Below are positions 43,034 through 54,590 of a DNA stretch of 64,000 bases, one piece after another (the first letter of the stretch is position 1; every line of letters starts with the position of its first letter). A model generated the notes under the pieces. It saw only the letters and a list, made by a program, of their open reading frames with translations. It searched no databases and had not been told where the DNA came from. Both the position numbers and the translations under genes were made by a program. This stretch comes from an uncultured Methanosarcinaceae archaeon. GTDB taxonomy: Archaea; Halobacteriota; Methanosarcinia; Methanosarcinales; Methanosarcinaceae. The stretch spans positions 224,001-288,000 of the forward strand of contig CAWHXP010000002.1 in assembly GCA_963833425.1 (NCBI GenBank), given 5' to 3'.

Positions 43034-44845
43034 TTGAGCGAAAATAGTGATATAACAGACAAAGTGATCGCTGGAAGATTATGGAAAGGCGTTGGATACA
43101 AGTGGATTGCACTGTTCAATGTGACCTTAGCAACTTTGATGGGGTCTACCGATAACAGCATTGTTCTGATCGCGCTGCCTACGATATTTAAGGGCATACA
43201 GATTAACCCTATGTCTCCTGACGTATTTCAATATCTTCTGTGGATCCTGATGGGCTATGGGCTGGTAACTGCAACGCTGCTCCTCAGTTTCGGGCGACTT
43301 GCGGATATGTATGGTCGGGTGAAACTTTTCAGATTGGGTTTCCTTATATTTGCTATTGGATCAACCCTACTTTACCTTACTCCAAGCACCGGTAACACAG
43401 GTGCACTGGAACTGATTATTTTCCGGTTCATACAGGCCGTGGGTAGTGCGTTCACCATGTCAAACGGTGCAGCTATTATCACAGACGCTTTTCCGGCTAG
43501 TGAGAGGGGAAAGGCCCTAGGCATAAATATGGTTGCTTTTATGTCTGGTCAGTTCATTGGCTTATTGTTGGGTGGAGTGCTAGCAGTATATAACTGGAGA
43601 TATGTGTTTTTAGTCAGCGTCCCATTTGCTATATTTGGGACAATATGGTCTTACTGGAAGTTAAAGGAAGTTTCTTTCCGTGCACCAAAAACAAGCATCG
43701 ATTTCTTGGGCAATTTGGTCTTCATTGGTGGGCTAACATCTCTGCTAGTTGGTGTAACCTATGGCCTGATGCCGTACAAGCATGATGGCATCACCGATGC
43801 TATGGGCTGGGGAAACCCCTGGGTAATTAGGGCAATCATTGTTGGCATACTACTTTTGATTATTTTCCCATTTGTAGAGAGCAAGGTGAAGAATCCTATG
43901 TTCAGATTAGAGTTCTTTAGGATCCGGGCTTTCACCTACGCAAATCTCGCCAGCTTCTCAGCAGCTATTTCGCGGGGAGGCGTCATGTTTATGCTTATTA
44001 TGCTATTGCAAGGTATCTGGCTGCCACTTCATGGTTATCGCTTCGAAGATACACCTTTTTGGGCAGGTATCTACATGCTTCCCATGACTTTTGGATTTGT
44101 CGTTATGGGCCCTATCTCGGGGATGCTTTCGGATAAGTATGGGCCAAGATGGATCGCTACCTGTGGAATGACCCTTGTGACTCTAGTCTTTATTGGGCTT
44201 TCAATGCTTCCCTATAACTTTGATTATTGGGAATTAGGACTCCTAATTTTCCTAATGGGTGCTGGTAATGGCATGTTTAGCTCTCCTAATAGTTCGTCAG
44301 TCATGAACTCAGTGCCACCGCAAGATCGGGGCGTAGCATCTGGTACGATGTTCACACTAACAAGTTCGGCCAATACGGTAAGTATGGCTGTGTTTTTCAC
44401 TATTGTTATCGTAGGCATCAAGGGAGCTTTTCCAGGAGCTATACATGACTATTTCGCTAGCCTTGGATCCTTACAGATTAATCCCATTGTGCAACAACTC
44501 GCAGGCCGGCTAGCTAGCATGTCACCGACCAACGCGTTATTCTCTGCTTTCCTAGGGTACAATCCAATGGGCTCAATCCTGGACTCCATGGATCCTCATA
44601 TCGTCAGCGAGATACCGCAACAGATCGTGACCACCCTAACAAGCAGATACTGGTTCCCACAGACGTTGCAACAGGCTTTTATGCCAGCGCTTCAGCTTGC
44701 GTTCAGAATCGGAGCTGTACTCTCAGGCATAGCTGCGGTATTGTCTGCAATGAGGGGCAAACGATATGTTCACGAAACCCATTTCTCAGCTAACGATGTT
44801 AGCAAAAGTGGTATTGAAGGAAGAGGAAAGAGGGAGCAGACTTGA
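43034..44845 (+). CDS. MFS drug:H+ antiporter (DHA2/EmrB-QacA-like, ~14 TM)
   Basis: [29 protein letters not shown] motifs. Likely start is TTG at 43034, just after the padR stop. Confidence 0.9.
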   Translation: MSENSDITDKVIAGRLWKGVGYKWIALFNVTLATLMGSTDNSIVLIALPTIFKGIQINPMSPDVFQYLLWILMGYGLVTATLLLSFGRLADMYGRVKLFRLGFLIFAIGSTLLYLTPSTGNTGALELIIFRFIQAVGSAFTMSNGAAIITDAFPASERGKALGINMVAFMSGQFIGLLLGGVLAVYNWRYVFLVSVPFAIFGTIWSYWKLKEVSFRAPKTSIDFLGNLVFIGGLTSLLVGVTYGLMPYKHDGITDAMGWGNPWVIRAIIVGILLLIIFPFVESKVKNPMFRLEFFRIRAFTYANLASFSAAISRGGVMFMLIMLLQGIWLPLHGYRFEDTPFWAGIYMLPMTFGFVVMGPISGMLSDKYGPRWIATCGMTLVTLVFIGLSMLPYNFDYWELGLLIFLMGAGNGMFSSPNSSSVMNSVPPQDRGVASGTMFTLTSSANTVSMAVFFTIVIVGIKGAFPGAIHDYFASLGSLQINPIVQQLAGRLASMSPTNALFSAFLGYNPMGSILDSMDPHIVSEIPQQIVTTLTSRYWFPQTLQQAFMPALQLAFRIGAVLSGIAAVLSAMRGKRYVHETHFSANDVSKSGIEGRGKREQT

Positions 44846-44985
44846 TAATTGACATTCTAGATAATATCAGTTGAAGAGTACTGATTGGCAGGTTTGTGAA
44901 AAATTAGCTTCAACGCATAAAATAATTTTTTTAAAATATTAATTCTTAAATTTTGGGAACGTGCAACTAAAAAGGAGATTATTAA

Positions 44986-45909
44986 ATGAAAGAGAACCAA
45001 GCTAGTTTTACTGCAATGTCTGTGGCTTACATGCGTGCCTATCATTCCATGTATGAGACTCCTAAAATTTTTGATGACTTTTTGGCCTATGATTTGATAC
45101 CAGAGGAAAAACGAGTACTAATCGAACAACATTTTATTGAACAATATGTTACTTTGGATCAACAATTCAATGATCATGGAAATGCTGTATCGCTCTCCGA
45201 TCGAATTACTACTTCAGAGTCCTTAATGCAAGCAATTAATAATGTTATCAGTCGTGCTCGATACACGGAAGATACCTTGAAGGAAGCTTTCAGGCAAGGA
45301 GTTAAGCAATATGTAATTCTTGGGGCAGGAATGGATACATTTGCATTCAGGCAATCCGAAATGATGGAAGAGTTGGAAGTATTTGAGGTAGATCACCCCG
45401 CCACTCAAGAATTTAAGCTCCATCGCCTTGCCGAGTTGGGATGGAAACATCCAGCAAAATTACACTTCATTCCGATAGATTTCACAAAGGAAAGTTTAGT
45501 TTCAGCACTCACTCGCTCATCATCTTATAACCCAAAAATTAAAAGTTTTTTCAGTTGGTTCGGTGTTACCCCGTACTTGCCACAAAAAGATGTGTTGGCA
45601 ACACTGCGTTTTATCGCTGATGTTGCTCCTGTTGGCAGTACTCTAGTTTTCGATTATATTGATACCGATGCATTTATACCCGAAAAACTGTCTCCACAAA
45701 TGCGAGAGCTAATAGAGTATTTGAATAAAATAGGTGAACCAATGAAAAGTAGGGGCTTCAATCCGTCAAACTTGGTCGAAGACCTCGCAAGTTTAGGATT
45801 CCAGCTATATGAGGATCTGAGCCCGAAAGATATCGAAGGACGTTATTTGCAAGGACGCAAGTATGGACATTATGAGCATGGACATTTTGCATGTGCGCTT
45901 GTCGATTAA
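44986..45909 (+). CDS. SAM-dependent methyltransferase (leucine carboxyl methyltransferase/TIGR00027-like)
   Basis: TA..VAYMRA, RARY.ED, QYVILGAGMDT.AFR, FEVDHP, GVTPYL. Confidence 0.85.
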   Translation: MKENQASFTAMSVAYMRAYHSMYETPKIFDDFLAYDLIPEEKRVLIEQHFIEQYVTLDQQFNDHGNAVSLSDRITTSESLMQAINNVISRARYTEDTLKEAFRQGVKQYVILGAGMDTFAFRQSEMMEELEVFEVDHPATQEFKLHRLAELGWKHPAKLHFIPIDFTKESLVSALTRSSSYNPKIKSFFSWFGVTPYLPQKDVLATLRFIADVAPVGSTLVFDYIDTDAFIPEKLSPQMRELIEYLNKIGEPMKSRGFNPSNLVEDLASLGFQLYEDLSPKDIEGRYLQGRKYGHYEHGHFACALVD

Positions 45910-46258
45910 TTAAAATCATAATTCATTTACTTGCCTAACGACAGCAAAGTTTGTCATTAATTTGCTACTCAACTTTTAGGTGCAAATTTTCGTGCAAATG
46001 CACTCAAGGGATAGAAACTGTCCCATGGACCGTACAAAATTCACGATATTTGTCCATTAATAGTTGTGAATTTCTGCTGAAAACATCAAATCAGATATCT
46101 GAGTATCGAATTATTAAGTCTAAAATTACTTGACTAATTTTACATTCAGAGCCTCCTCTGAAAGTATGGAAAACGCGGAAGAAGGAAATAAGAGCACAAG
46201 GATTTCTGTGCTTTCCATGGTTATAAATCTTAAATGAAATTAACCATTAAATTCAATG

Positions 46259-47416
46259 TTACATGGCTTTCCTGTAAATCTCAATAATATCTTCTTTTGA
46301 GAAACATCTGGGATTTGTTAGGCGGCAGTGATCCTGCATGGCATTTTCAGCCAGAATTTCAATGTCTTCTTCCCTAGCCCCGAGTTCCTTTAAGCCAATA
46401 GGAATTCCAATCTCAGTTGCAAGCTTTTTGATGGCATCTATGGCTTTATCTGCAGCTTTTTCCAAACTTAAGCCTTCTATATTCTCTCCCATTGACTTTG
46501 CGATATTCGCAAAACGTTCCGGACATACCTGCTTGTTGTAGATCTCCACATAAGGCAGGAGGATTGCATTGCAGATTCCGTGCGGAAGATTATAAAATCC
46601 ACCTAGCTGATGAGCCATTGAATGTACATAGCCAAGGCTTGCATTGTTGAAAGCAATGCCTGCTAGATATTCAGCGTGTGCCATCATGTCCCTTGTTCTT
46701 ACATCCTCTCCATTAGCAACGGCTTTTCGCAAGTATTTTGAGATAAGTTCGATTGCCTTGATGGCAGCTGCATCAGTGGTCGGGGTAGCCATGGTGGAAA
46801 CGTAAGCTTCAACTGCATGAGTAAGGGCATCCATCCCGGTTGCAGCCGTGAGTTCAGGCGGCATACTTACCATCAGCTCGGGATCGTTGACTGCTACGTC
46901 AGGAGTGATGTGGGAGTCAACGATTGCCATCTTGATATATCTCTTTGTGTCCGTAATAATTGTAACCCTTGTCATCTCGCTTCCAGTACCCGCTGTTGTG
47001 TTTACTGCAATAAGCGGTGGAATTCCTTTCGTAACTTTCCCCACTCCTTCGTAATCATTAATTTTCCCTCCATTCTTAACTACAACGCCAACTGCCTTTG
47101 CACAGTCCATTGGACTTCCTCCACCAACTGCGACGATCATATCGCAGAGTTCATTTTTGTAGATTTTTGCTCCTTCCATGATAGAATTGTCAGTGGGATT
47201 CGGTTCTGCTCCAGCAAAGATTGCTGCTTTTAGCCCTGCATTTTCAATGATTTTCTTTATATCTTCAGCAAGCTTTTCTCCATGTCTACTTTTGCCTGAA
47301 ACAATCAAGGCTTTCGTGCCCCCAAGTTCCTTTGCCTGCTTTCCGATTCTTTTTACGCAGCCAGGCCCCATGAGCGCTACCCTTGGGTTCAGATATGTAT
47401 ATATCATGAGTTTCAC
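46259..47416 (-). CDS. Iron-containing (type III) alcohol dehydrogenase
   Basis: AEPNP, GGGSPMDCAK, TTAGTGSE, GMDALTHAVE, HSMAH..HG. Confidence 0.95.
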   Translation of the reverse strand: MKLMIYTYLNPRVALMGPGCVKRIGKQAKELGGTKALIVSGKSRHGEKLAEDIKKIIENAGLKAAIFAGAEPNPTDNSIMEGAKIYKNELCDMIVAVGGGSPMDCAKAVGVVVKNGGKINDYEGVGKVTKGIPPLIAVNTTAGTGSEMTRVTIITDTKRYIKMAIVDSHITPDVAVNDPELMVSMPPELTAATGMDALTHAVEAYVSTMATPTTDAAAIKAIELISKYLRKAVANGEDVRTRDMMAHAEYLAGIAFNNASLGYVHSMAHQLGGFYNLPHGICNAILLPYVEIYNKQVCPERFANIAKSMGENIEGLSLEKAADKAIDAIKKLATEIGIPIGLKELGAREEDIEILAENAMQDHCRLTNPRCFSKEDIIEIYRKAM

Positions 47417-48594
47417 TTCCTTTAATCACAATTTCCAAAATTTTCAAATTGTTATCAAAAACACAAACTATCTATTGAAATTATTTTTATCTCTCCGGCT
47501 AATAACTTTTTGCTCCGTAAAAGGGTTTATCTGAGCAGCGAGTATAAAGCAGGGTAAAAGATAGATACTTTTTGTAATTTGTATTATCCTCTTTTTCTAG
47601 AATTATTACTCGTAGAAAATTTATTCTTGTACTACAATTGCGTAAATCCTAAATACAAAATAAATATCAACTTCAGGTACATACATCAACCCCATTATCG
47701 TTATCTAGTGGTCGAACGAAGATAAATAAAGAACATACCTATATGGCTATTACAGGGGCTATAAATAGGTTGTCTGCAATATTAAGTAAAAACTTGTGAC
47801 GAAGTATGTCTAAGTCAAGTGGTTTTCTTGCATTAAATACGATTGAAAAACCTGAATATGGTGGATCACCATCATTACTTTAGCTTTCTACTTTGATTAA
47901 ATATTTTTAATATTTGCCTTTAAGATAGAATTGTCGATCTTTTATTTCTGTTTTAGAATATATTCAAATGATTTAGTCAACTACTTCACACTAAGTTATA
48001 GGGCAGTTGACTGCCATTCATTTCATGTATAATTTTTTTGTGGCAATAATTTATGCATTTTCTAGGGCCGCTTCAATTGCATCTTATGATTAGGACATCC
48101 CTTCAAGATGTAGAGTCTGAGGTCCTCAAAGGTCAATACTTTCAGCGCCACATCATTATTTCGGTATGAAAAAAGCAGACAGATTTGGATTTGAAAATGC
48201 TTTACTAATAGAATTAACTCTACGAGCCAAGTGACCATTAAAAAATAGGATTATACTTACTTATTTTGTGTGCTTACGTATGGTAGTCAAGCATTCTTAG
48301 ATATTTGCTGGTATAATTGTCTGAAGTCTTTTTAAACTTAATAGAAAATTATTGTATTAAGGAAAATAAATACTATTGAATTTATATATTTTAGAGTATA
48401 TTAATGTAGTAAACATATTTGTTCTCATATGGATGCTTATAATGTGTATTTTAGTGTGAATATAATAATTATACTTATTGAAACAAATTTAGGCATGAAT
48501 TTTCAAAAAATTAGATTTCTAGCCGAATAGTGAAAATTGTCTAGTTATCCACAATTTTTTTAAAATTCCTGTGAAAAAATAAGGGGGTAAATAA

Positions 48595-49035
48595 ATGGGA
48601 AAATTAAAATTATACAAAAGAATGGGAGTACTTGCTGTTCTATTTGCCGTTCTTTTTGTGATATTTGTGACATCAGCTGCAGCAGCACAAACATATAATG
48701 TGTTAATAGTAGAAACAGCATCTCCAATGACTTATAGTGCTGTAGGGCAAAATATCACATTCGACTATGCTGTGTTCAACATAGGATCTTCACCGATCCC
48801 AGGATACATTAATGTTACAGGCAACAAAACTGGAATAGTGGTTCTCTCCGACGGTGTTCCAGAACTTGATGCTATTGGTGGAACATATTCTTCACCTTTT
48901 GTTACAGGACAGGCAAACTACACAATAACGCAAGCAGATCTTGATATTGGTTCCATAACCAATTCTGTGAGTATAACAACACCGCAGTCGATATCAGGAA
49001 TTACTAGTGATACTGCAACCGTAAAAGCCTTATAG
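48595..49035 (+). CDS. Secreted Ig-like repeat (DUF11/DUF7507-like) surface protein, truncated
   Basis: Signal peptide; SPMTYSAVGQNITFDY.VFNIG and YTITQADLD.GSITNS; a decayed second repeat follows the stop. Confidence 0.7.
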   Translation: MGKLKLYKRMGVLAVLFAVLFVIFVTSAAAAQTYNVLIVETASPMTYSAVGQNITFDYAVFNIGSSPIPGYINVTGNKTGIVVLSDGVPELDAIGGTYSSPFVTGQANYTITQADLDIGSITNSVSITTPQSISGITSDTATVKAL

Positions 49036-50551
49036 AGGCCAGCTTTATAAAACTACATTATCATTTCCATAAGTTTATTTCCGATATAGCAGGATCTCCA
49101 ACTATTATGTAGCTAACTTTGGAAAGATTAGCAGCAAAGGAAATTTTACATTATAGATAATTGAAATGTCAAACCTCTATACCAAATACGTATCTTGATC
49201 AATGTAAAAGAGTTAAAGAAACAGATACGTACAAAATAACATGGGCAGATCTGGAGTCATGTTTTGTGAACCATTTATCAAATGGGAAACTGTTCATTCA
49301 ATAACCAACCAGTAATTTCATGCAATAGTACTGCGACAGTTATCCATGAATAACATAGTGGATAACCCACGCTAATTTTGCGTAAATTTCTACAGTAACG
49401 TATTGCCACAAAACTTTAAATAGAATAATGCAAGAACGAATCGATGATATTTACTGTTCACATATAATGGACGAAGTAGAGAAGATCTCGATATATCGTT
49501 GATTTTCAAGAGTCAATTAATATACCACTTATGCGCATATGACAAAATTTAAAGGTTTATCAAAATTCTCCTATGTTAATTTGACGATGCCAATTTATTA
49601 GAAATTCACATTAATTTAAAAAGCAGCCTAAGCTTTTTCTTGTAAGAAAATTTTGCTGATTCACTTAATTTTGAACAGTGGAATAGACGCTAGAACCTAA
49701 TCCCAAATTTATTGGAGAATTAGTTACAACGATACCTATTTAGTCATCAAAAAAGTTAATTGTTATCTGTTTTAGCTCAATAAATAATTCTGATGTGTAT
49801 TAACAACACGGCAATTGATGTTTTTTTCCTGGCTGAGAGTTACTATTAATATAATATATACGCGCTTTTAAGACACAATGTCAAAATATAGTGATAAACG
49901 TAAAAAAAAACGTAAAAAAGTAAAGTTGAGAATCACTAGATTTTGAAAATTATCACAATTATTTGAATGTGACCTATTTACTGATGTAGGAAGAATTCAA
50001 ATACAGAATTTATTGAAGACCAAATTCTCCTTCGCAATTTAGATTTCAATCAAAAAATGTAAAATCACTAAATTTTGAACTAAGTCGCTGTTAAATAGTA
50101 TATGAAGTCTTTATAATTAATTTAAATACATTTCTTCATCGATTAAGAAATTTTCTGCCTGCTTGCTATAGATTTATGACACAAAATAATCCCAAATTTT
50201 GAAAATCAACATAGTCAGACACTTTGACCCAACTTGCTATCGGAGAATATCTTATTTAACTATTAGGGGAAATACATCACTATAATCTCTTATCACAAGT
50301 TAAGTTTTCGGCCTCATTATTACAGAATTAAGCACTAGGTAGCGTAAAAAATAGGGCTTATGTAGGAAGTTAACGACAAGTAAGCTTAATATTGAAACTT
50401 GGAGAAATCACTATTATCACGTAAAGGGAACGGCACAGTTAGCTAGTTCAGTTAAGATTCAAGTTGTGATTGTTGAAGTGTGGATAAGAAAACTTATGGA
50501 TGAAACAGATGTTATTAGTTTTGATGATATATAGGGGAGGAACTTAAAAAT

Positions 50552-51103
50552 ATGAATTTAATAACTACGAAAATAAGTGACCTCTTCGTACTTGAACCTA
50601 AAGTTTTTGGGGACCACCGAGGTTACTTTTTTGAAAGTTATAACAAAATAACACTTGATAATCTTTTGGGAAAGAGGTATGATTTCGTTCAGGATAATGA
50701 GTCAAAGTCTTACTATGGAGTGGTACGAGGTCTGCATTATCAATTGGCTCCTTTTAGTCAAACAAAACTTATTAGGGTTTTGCAAGGGAAAGTATATGAC
50801 ATTGCAGTAGATCTTAGGAAAGAATCCCCTACTTTTCTGTATTGGGTTGGAGTTGAGCTTTCTGCTGAAAATAAAAAACAACTTTTGATTCCAAAAGGAT
50901 TTGCTCACGGTTTTTCCGTTCTAAGTGAAAGTGCCATATTTGCATATAAATGTGATGAATATTACCACCCTGAGGTTGAAGCAGGAATTATTTATAATGA
51001 CCCTTCATTGAATATTGACTGGAAAATAAAAGATGAAGATGTGAAAATTTCTCAGAAAGATATGCTGCTCCCAAAATTGGAAAAAGCTAACATGAATTTT
51101 TAA
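50552..51103 (+). CDS. rfbC: dTDP-4-dehydrorhamnose 3,5-epimerase
   Basis: FGDHRGYFFE, FVQDN.S, RGLHYQ, GFAHGF. Confidence 0.95.
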   Translation: MNLITTKISDLFVLEPKVFGDHRGYFFESYNKITLDNLLGKRYDFVQDNESKSYYGVVRGLHYQLAPFSQTKLIRVLQGKVYDIAVDLRKESPTFLYWVGVELSAENKKQLLIPKGFAHGFSVLSESAIFAYKCDEYYHPEVEAGIIYNDPSLNIDWKIKDEDVKISQKDMLLPKLEKANMNF

Positions 51104-51150
51104 AACTTCAATGAACTGTTGTCATTTTATTGCATTTCCAGATTATGCAT

Positions 51151-51237
51151 GAGAATTTGATAAACCTTATATTTTGTCATAGGCCTATAACTGGCATATA
51201 ATTGACTTGTGAAAATCATAGGTTTATCGAAATCCTC
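51151..51237. mobile_element. 87-bp IS5-end MITE between rfbC and rfbB
   Basis: GAGAATTTGATAAACCT ... AGGTTTATCGAAATCCTC. Confidence 0.7.
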
Positions 51238-51270
51238 TATAATTTATTAACATATTTAGAGGTGGCCAGA

Positions 51271-52227
51271 ACGAAATTGCTAGTAACAGGGGGTTGTGGA
51301 TTCATAGGCAGCAATTTCATCAATTATATGATGAAAAAGTACCCAGATTATCAAATTGTAAATCTTGACAAACTAACTTATGCCGGAAATCCTACAAATC
51401 TAAAGGATATTGAAAATAATCCGAATTATTTTTTTGTACAGGGAGATATCTGTGATTCTCGAATTGTTAATGAAGTAATGGAACAAGTGGATAAAATTGT
51501 CCATTTTGCAGCCGAAAGCCATGTTGACCGCTCAATTGAGGATGGATCGGTTTTTGTCAGAACAAACGTCCTCGGAACTAATACTCTTCTGCAAAGTGCG
51601 CTTGCACATAATATAAACAAATTTATCCATATCTCAACAGACGAAGTCTATGGCAGCATTAAAGAAGGCTTTTTTACCGAAATGGATAAGCTTAATCCTT
51701 CAAGTCCATATTCTTCAAGCAAAGCATGTTCTGATCTTCTTGCTTTGTCCTACTATACAACTTACGGTTTGCCAGTATGTGTGACCCGATGTACAAACAA
51801 CTTCGGGCCTTATCAGCACCCTGAAAAACTAATTCCATTTTTCATCAGCAGATTAATGGAAGGGAAAAAAGTTCCAATTTATGGCACAGGTCTGAACATT
51901 CGGGACTGGATCTATGTTGAAGATCATTGCTTTGCAGTAGATTTCGTCCTCCACAACGGAAGGATTGGAGAAATATATAATATAGATGGTGGAAACGAAC
52001 TTACAAACCTTGAAATCACTCATCACATTCTAAAAATACTTGGCAAAGACGAATCTTCAATTGAATATGTGCAAGATCGAAAAGGTCATGATTTTCGTTA
52101 TTCTCTTGATGGAAGTAAACTGGTAAAAATGGGCTGGAAGCCAACGTATAACTTTGATACCGCCCTTGAACAAACAGTGAGGTGGTATGTTGAAAATAGA
52201 TGGTGGTGGGAACCATTAAAGCGCTAA
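51271..52227 (+). CDS. rfbB: dTDP-glucose 4,6-dehydratase
   Basis: LVTGGCGFIGS, DKLTYAGN, AAESHVDRSI, STDEVYG, YSSSK; the expected start position reads ACG. Confidence 0.95.
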   Translation, partial: TKLLVTGGCGFIGSNFINYMMKKYPDYQIVNLDKLTYAGNPTNLKDIENNPNYFFVQGDICDSRIVNEVMEQVDKIVHFAAESHVDRSIEDGSVFVRTNVLGTNTLLQSALAHNINKFIHISTDEVYGSIKEGFFTEMDKLNPSSPYSSSKACSDLLALSYYTTYGLPVCVTRCTNNFGPYQHPEKLIPFFISRLMEGKKVPIYGTGLNIRDWIYVEDHCFAVDFVLHNGRIGEIYNIDGGNELTNLEITHHILKILGKDESSIEYVQDRKGHDFRYSLDGSKLVKMGWKPTYNFDTALEQTVRWYVENRWWWEPLKR

Positions 52228-53009
52228 TTATTGGTGCAAGTGGAATGCTCGGATTCGACCTCTGCAAAGTGTTTACTACTTCTGTTAAACTAACACACAA
52301 GGAACTTGACATAATAAATAGAGATCAGGTTTTGGGGTCTATCCAAAGAATAAAACCGAATCTTGTGATAAATGCAGCTGCCTATACTGATGTTGAAGGC
52401 TGTGAGACTAACCAGGAACTGGCACTTCAGGTCAATGCATATGGGCCCGGATATATTGCTGAAGCCTGTAATAAAATAGGTGCAACACTTGTACACTTTA
52501 GTACAGACTATGTGTTTGACGGTTCTGATAATGAGTATATCGAGTCTGCGACTCCCAATCCTATCAATGTATATGGCCGATCAAAATTTTTTGGAGAACT
52601 GAAAATTGCAGAAAAGATGGATAATTACAGAATTGTCAGAATTTCTTGGTTATTTGGTACACACGGGAAAAATTTTGTAGAAACAATGCTTAAGCTATCC
52701 GGTGAGATGGCTGAAGTAAGGGTTGTAAATGATCAATTTGGAAAACCCACCTATACAGTAGACCTTGCACATAAAATTGCGGAAATTATCGAACTCAATC
52801 CCGGGATTTACCACCTAACAAATGAGGGTATATGTTCCTGGTATGAGTTTGCATCTGCCTTTCTAAATAACGTTGTCCCATGTAGAAGTGAAGAATTTCC
52901 AAGAAAAGCAAAACGCCCAAAGTATTCAGTTCTTGTAAATACCAAAACAGGACCTATGAAGCATTGGAAAGAAGCGCTTAAAGATTATCTAAGGGAGAAA
53001 AATCTATGA
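52200..53009 (+). CDS. rfbD: dTDP-4-dehydrorhamnose reductase
   Basis: GASGMLG, NAAAYTDV, STDYVFDG, YGRSK, DQFGKPTY. Confidence 0.95.
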   Translation: MVVGTIKALIIGASGMLGFDLCKVFTTSVKLTHKELDIINRDQVLGSIQRIKPNLVINAAAYTDVEGCETNQELALQVNAYGPGYIAEACNKIGATLVHFSTDYVFDGSDNEYIESATPNPINVYGRSKFFGELKIAEKMDNYRIVRISWLFGTHGKNFVETMLKLSGEMAEVRVVNDQFGKPTYTVDLAHKIAEIIELNPGIYHLTNEGICSWYEFASAFLNNVVPCRSEEFPRKAKRPKYSVLVNTKTGPMKHWKEALKDYLREKNL

Positions 53010-53728
53010 AAGGCATAATACTTGCAGGAGGTACAGGTAGCCGGCTCTATCCCTTGACTAAGGTTACAAACAAGCACCTTTTGCCTGTATACGACAATCC
53101 AATGATATTTTATCCTATCCAGACTCTCATCGACGCAGGAATCAAAGAGATATTGATTGTATCTGGCAGAGGTCACGCAGGACACTTTCTCGAGCTTCTT
53201 GGATCAGGTGCAAATTTTGGGGTTAAGTTCACGTATGAAATTCAAGAAGAAGCCGGAGGGATCGCACAGGCTTTAGGCCTAGCAGAAAGTTTTTCGGATG
53301 ATGATGATGTCACCGTAATTCTCGGGGACAACATTTTTCAGGATAACATTAAAAGGGATGTTTTAAACTTCAAGGGCGGTGCCAAGATCTTCTTGAAGGA
53401 AGTTTCAGAAGCCCAAAGATTCGGAGTAGCTGAACTAAAAGGCAACAGGGTTGTAGGAATACAAGAGAAACCTCATAAGCCAAAAAGCAATTTTGCAGTT
53501 ACTGGTCTTTATATTTACAGCAATAAAGTTTTCGACGTGATTAAAAATCTCAAACCTTCTGCGCGATGTGAACTTGAGATTACTGATGTTAATAATTATT
53601 TCACTAATAAAGGAACTCTGGAGTACCGCATTCTTTATGGTTTTTGGAGTGATGCAGGTACATTTGAAAGTTTATTGAGGGCAGGAGTACTAATACAAAA
53701 TTATCGTAAAGACAAAAATACGGAGTAG
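53006..53728 (+). CDS. rfbA: Glucose-1-phosphate thymidylyltransferase (short form)
   Basis: GIILAGGTGSRLYPLT..NKHLLPVY, LGDN, EKP, ELEITD, WSDAGT. Confidence 0.9.
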   Translation: MKGIILAGGTGSRLYPLTKVTNKHLLPVYDNPMIFYPIQTLIDAGIKEILIVSGRGHAGHFLELLGSGANFGVKFTYEIQEEAGGIAQALGLAESFSDDDDVTVILGDNIFQDNIKRDVLNFKGGAKIFLKEVSEAQRFGVAELKGNRVVGIQEKPHKPKSNFAVTGLYIYSNKVFDVIKNLKPSARCELEITDVNNYFTNKGTLEYRILYGFWSDAGTFESLLRAGVLIQNYRKDKNTE

Positions 53729-53735
53729 AAAAGAT

Positions 53736-54590
53736 GGTTCCGTTGCAAAAAATCCTTTCTACTGATACAATAGAATAAAAAGAAAACCAAAGATGGTAAC
53801 ATGCTATCTAATTCCTTTAAATGGAAGCATTATGAAAGAGAAATTATCTTATTGAATGTAAGATGGTACTTAAAATACCCACTGAGCTATAGAAATTTAA
53901 AGGAAATGATGATAGAAAGAGGAATTCAAGTTGATCACAGTACTATAATGATATGGGTACATCAATATTCTCCTGAAATAGAAAAGAAGATAAGAAAACA
54001 TTTAAGGCCAACAAATGATTCGTGGAGAGTTGATGAAACCTATATCAAAGTAAAAAGTAAATGGAAATATCTTTATCGAGCAGTTGATTCAAATGGAGAT
54101 ACAATTGATTTCATGTTAAGTGCAAAAAGAAACCGAGCAGCTGCGAAGAGATTCTTTAAGAAAGCTTTAAGTTCGTATCATAATCAAATTCCAAAGGTAA
54201 TAACCGTTGATAAGAATCCAGCTTATCCATCTGCTATAGGTAAACTGAAAAATGATAAAATACTACCTAAAAACGTAGACATTCGACAAATCAAGTATCT
54301 GAATAATATCATAGAACAAGATCATAGATCTATAAAGCGAATCGTTAATCCAATGTTAGAATTTCAGTCTTTTCGATCTGCTAATAAAACCTTAAAAGGA
54401 ATTGAATCTATGAGTATGGTCAAAAAAGGACAAGTCAATAATATAAATTACTCTGTTTTTAATGAAGTCAAATACATTAATCAATTGTTTGGTATAGGTT
54501 TATAATGTTAGTACATTTTCTTTGAATATTTCGATTTTTATTCATTACTTATAGATTTACATATTTTTTTTAATTTTTTGCAACGGAACC
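53736..54590 (+). mobile_element. IS6-family insertion sequence, 855 bp (second copy)
   Basis: Same TIRs and length as 15842-16696. Confidence 0.95.
53801..54505 (+). CDS. IS6-family transposase
   Basis: WRVDETY, TVDKNPAY, NNIIEQDHR. Confidence 0.95.
   Translation: MLSNSFKWKHYEREIILLNVRWYLKYPLSYRNLKEMMIERGIQVDHSTIMIWVHQYSPEIEKKIRKHLRPTNDSWRVDETYIKVKSKWKYLYRAVDSNGDTIDFMLSAKRNRAAAKRFFKKALSSYHNQIPKVITVDKNPAYPSAIGKLKNDKILPKNVDIRQIKYLNNIIEQDHRSIKRIVNPMLEFQSFRSANKTLKGIESMSMVKKGQVNNINYSVFNEVKYINQLFGIGL

Noticed and set aside
49033..49050. Pyrrolysine codon in the surface protein
   Set aside because: A TAA follows five codons later and the downstream repeat is decayed.
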